Shown here: positions 63,213-64,000 of the stretch, piece after piece
How the letters are laid out: each line of letters opens with the position of its first letter
How positions within the stretch are numbered: the stretch's first letter is position 1
From: Flavobacteriales bacterium
GTDB taxonomy: Bacteria > Bacteroidota > Bacteroidia > Flavobacteriales_F > PHOS-HE28
Assembly: GCA_016700415.1 (NCBI GenBank)
Contig: CP065018.1
Location: forward strand, 3,244,420-3,308,419
Direction of reading: 5' to 3'
Length of the DNA: 64,000 nt
Position numbers and translations under genes: made by a program
Notes under the pieces: model-generated
What the model saw: the letters and a program-made list of their open reading frames with translations, nothing else
Database searches by the model: none
Told to the model about the DNA's origin: nothing

Positions 63213-64000
63213 TCAACGCGTGATCTCCACCGCCTGTACCTCCGGCGCTCCCACCACTTCTTTCAGCACGGTGAACCAGCCCCGGAACGTGCGCCACCAA
63301 TTGGCCTTGGTGCAGTGGGGATCCGTCAAGGAAACGACGCCGACCGCCACCGAGGGGCCGCATGCCGCTTGGAACAGATCGCGTGATCGCCGGGCATGGA
63401 CGCCCACGGTGGCCACGTCGAAAGCGGTGATGCCGTCCTTCCCGGCCTGCTCCGCGAAGGCGTGGGCGTTGCCCCAACTACGGCTGCGCGGTCTGCCGAA
63501 GGCGGGCACGGCGGTGATGCGGTCAGGAGAAAGGCCGAGTTCGATCAGTTGGTCGCGCGCGGACTGGGCATAGGTGGGCCAGGCGGGTCGCGACGGCGTG
63601 TTGGGGAATGTGAATTGGGAATTCCGCTGCAAGAAATTGATATTCTCCTCATTGATGGACATGTGCCCGACGAAGATCTCGGGCGTGCCGGGGTCCATGT
63701 GGATCGTCCAGGCCTCTACTCGGACCCGGGTCACCGCGTCTGGAAGTATGGCCTGGTACAGGTTCGGTCGGGGCGTGACGGGCATGTCCAGTAGGGTGTC
63801 CCTGTCGGCGATCAGCCGAAATCCCGCGCCGTTGGTCCCGCTGACGTCGATGGCGACGGTTCCCTGTTCTGGATCGTGGAGTTCCACGTCAACACCTTCG
63901 CCTGAGCTGAGATAGTAGGCGAACACGCGAACGGTACCGGTGGTGTAGATGTGTGCATAGGCGCTGTCCTGTGCCAGCTGAGCCGCCTCCTGAAGTGCTA
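63213..64000 (-). CDS. YdcF/DUF218-like protein, 5' end outside the window
   Basis: Frame open to the window edge. TYAQSARDQLIELG, RSWGNA, VATVGVHARRSR, WWRTFRGW. Confidence 0.7.
   Translation of the reverse strand, partial: ALQEAAQLAQDSAYAHIYTTGTVRVFAYYLSSGEGVDVELHDPEQGTVAIDVSGTNGAGFRLIADRDTLLDMPVTPRPNLYQAILPDAVTRVRVEAWTIHMDPGTPEIFVGHMSINEENINFLQRNSQFTFPNTPSRPAWPTYAQSARDQLIELGLSPDRITAVPAFGRPRSRSWGNAHAFAEQAGKDGITAFDVATVGVHARRSRDLFQAACGPSVAVGVVSLTDPHCTKANWWRTFRGWFTVLKEVVGAPEVQAVEITR

Overview
Chromosomal window from a GC-rich Bacteroidota genome, probably Flavobacteriales-like. The evidence is type IX secretion (T9SS) cargo genes, TAnnTTTG -7 promoters, SprB-type repeats and a DUF6089-type beta-barrel. 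The backbone is housekeeping (mutS, tRNA-Gly, tRNA-Leu, gluQ-like, pckA, TrmH, PlsC, OsmC, two USP genes) and carries three accessory zones. (1) 1-3.6 kb: a divergent locus. DUF2188, an LRAT-like protein and a nuclease-STAND NTPase (cut by the window edge and absent from the ORF track) face an HTH-ImmA/IrrE peptidase and a PIN gene. A 188-bp inverted-repeat-bounded segment sits right after the start codon coupled to the PIN frame. (2) 13.7-17.5 kb: two coupled HNH nucleases with different N-terminal domains, an unknown Cys-His-Asp protein and an AbiE-like HTH/nucleotidyltransferase pair. (3) 22.9-36.9 kb: six tandem paralogous secreted proteins with a hypervariable N-terminal part, one ending in a dockerin-like tail instead of a T9SS signal, bracketed by two paralogous TPR-adenylate cyclases. 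Three enzymes lack canonical catalytic residues: cyclase 2 (Arg), Fic (His) and S41 (Ser). Intergenic regions hold many short-period inverted repeats and REP/MITE-like units. I saw no CRISPR array, integrase, transposase, reverse transcriptase or rRNA. Family calls come from motif recognition by eye, not database searches.
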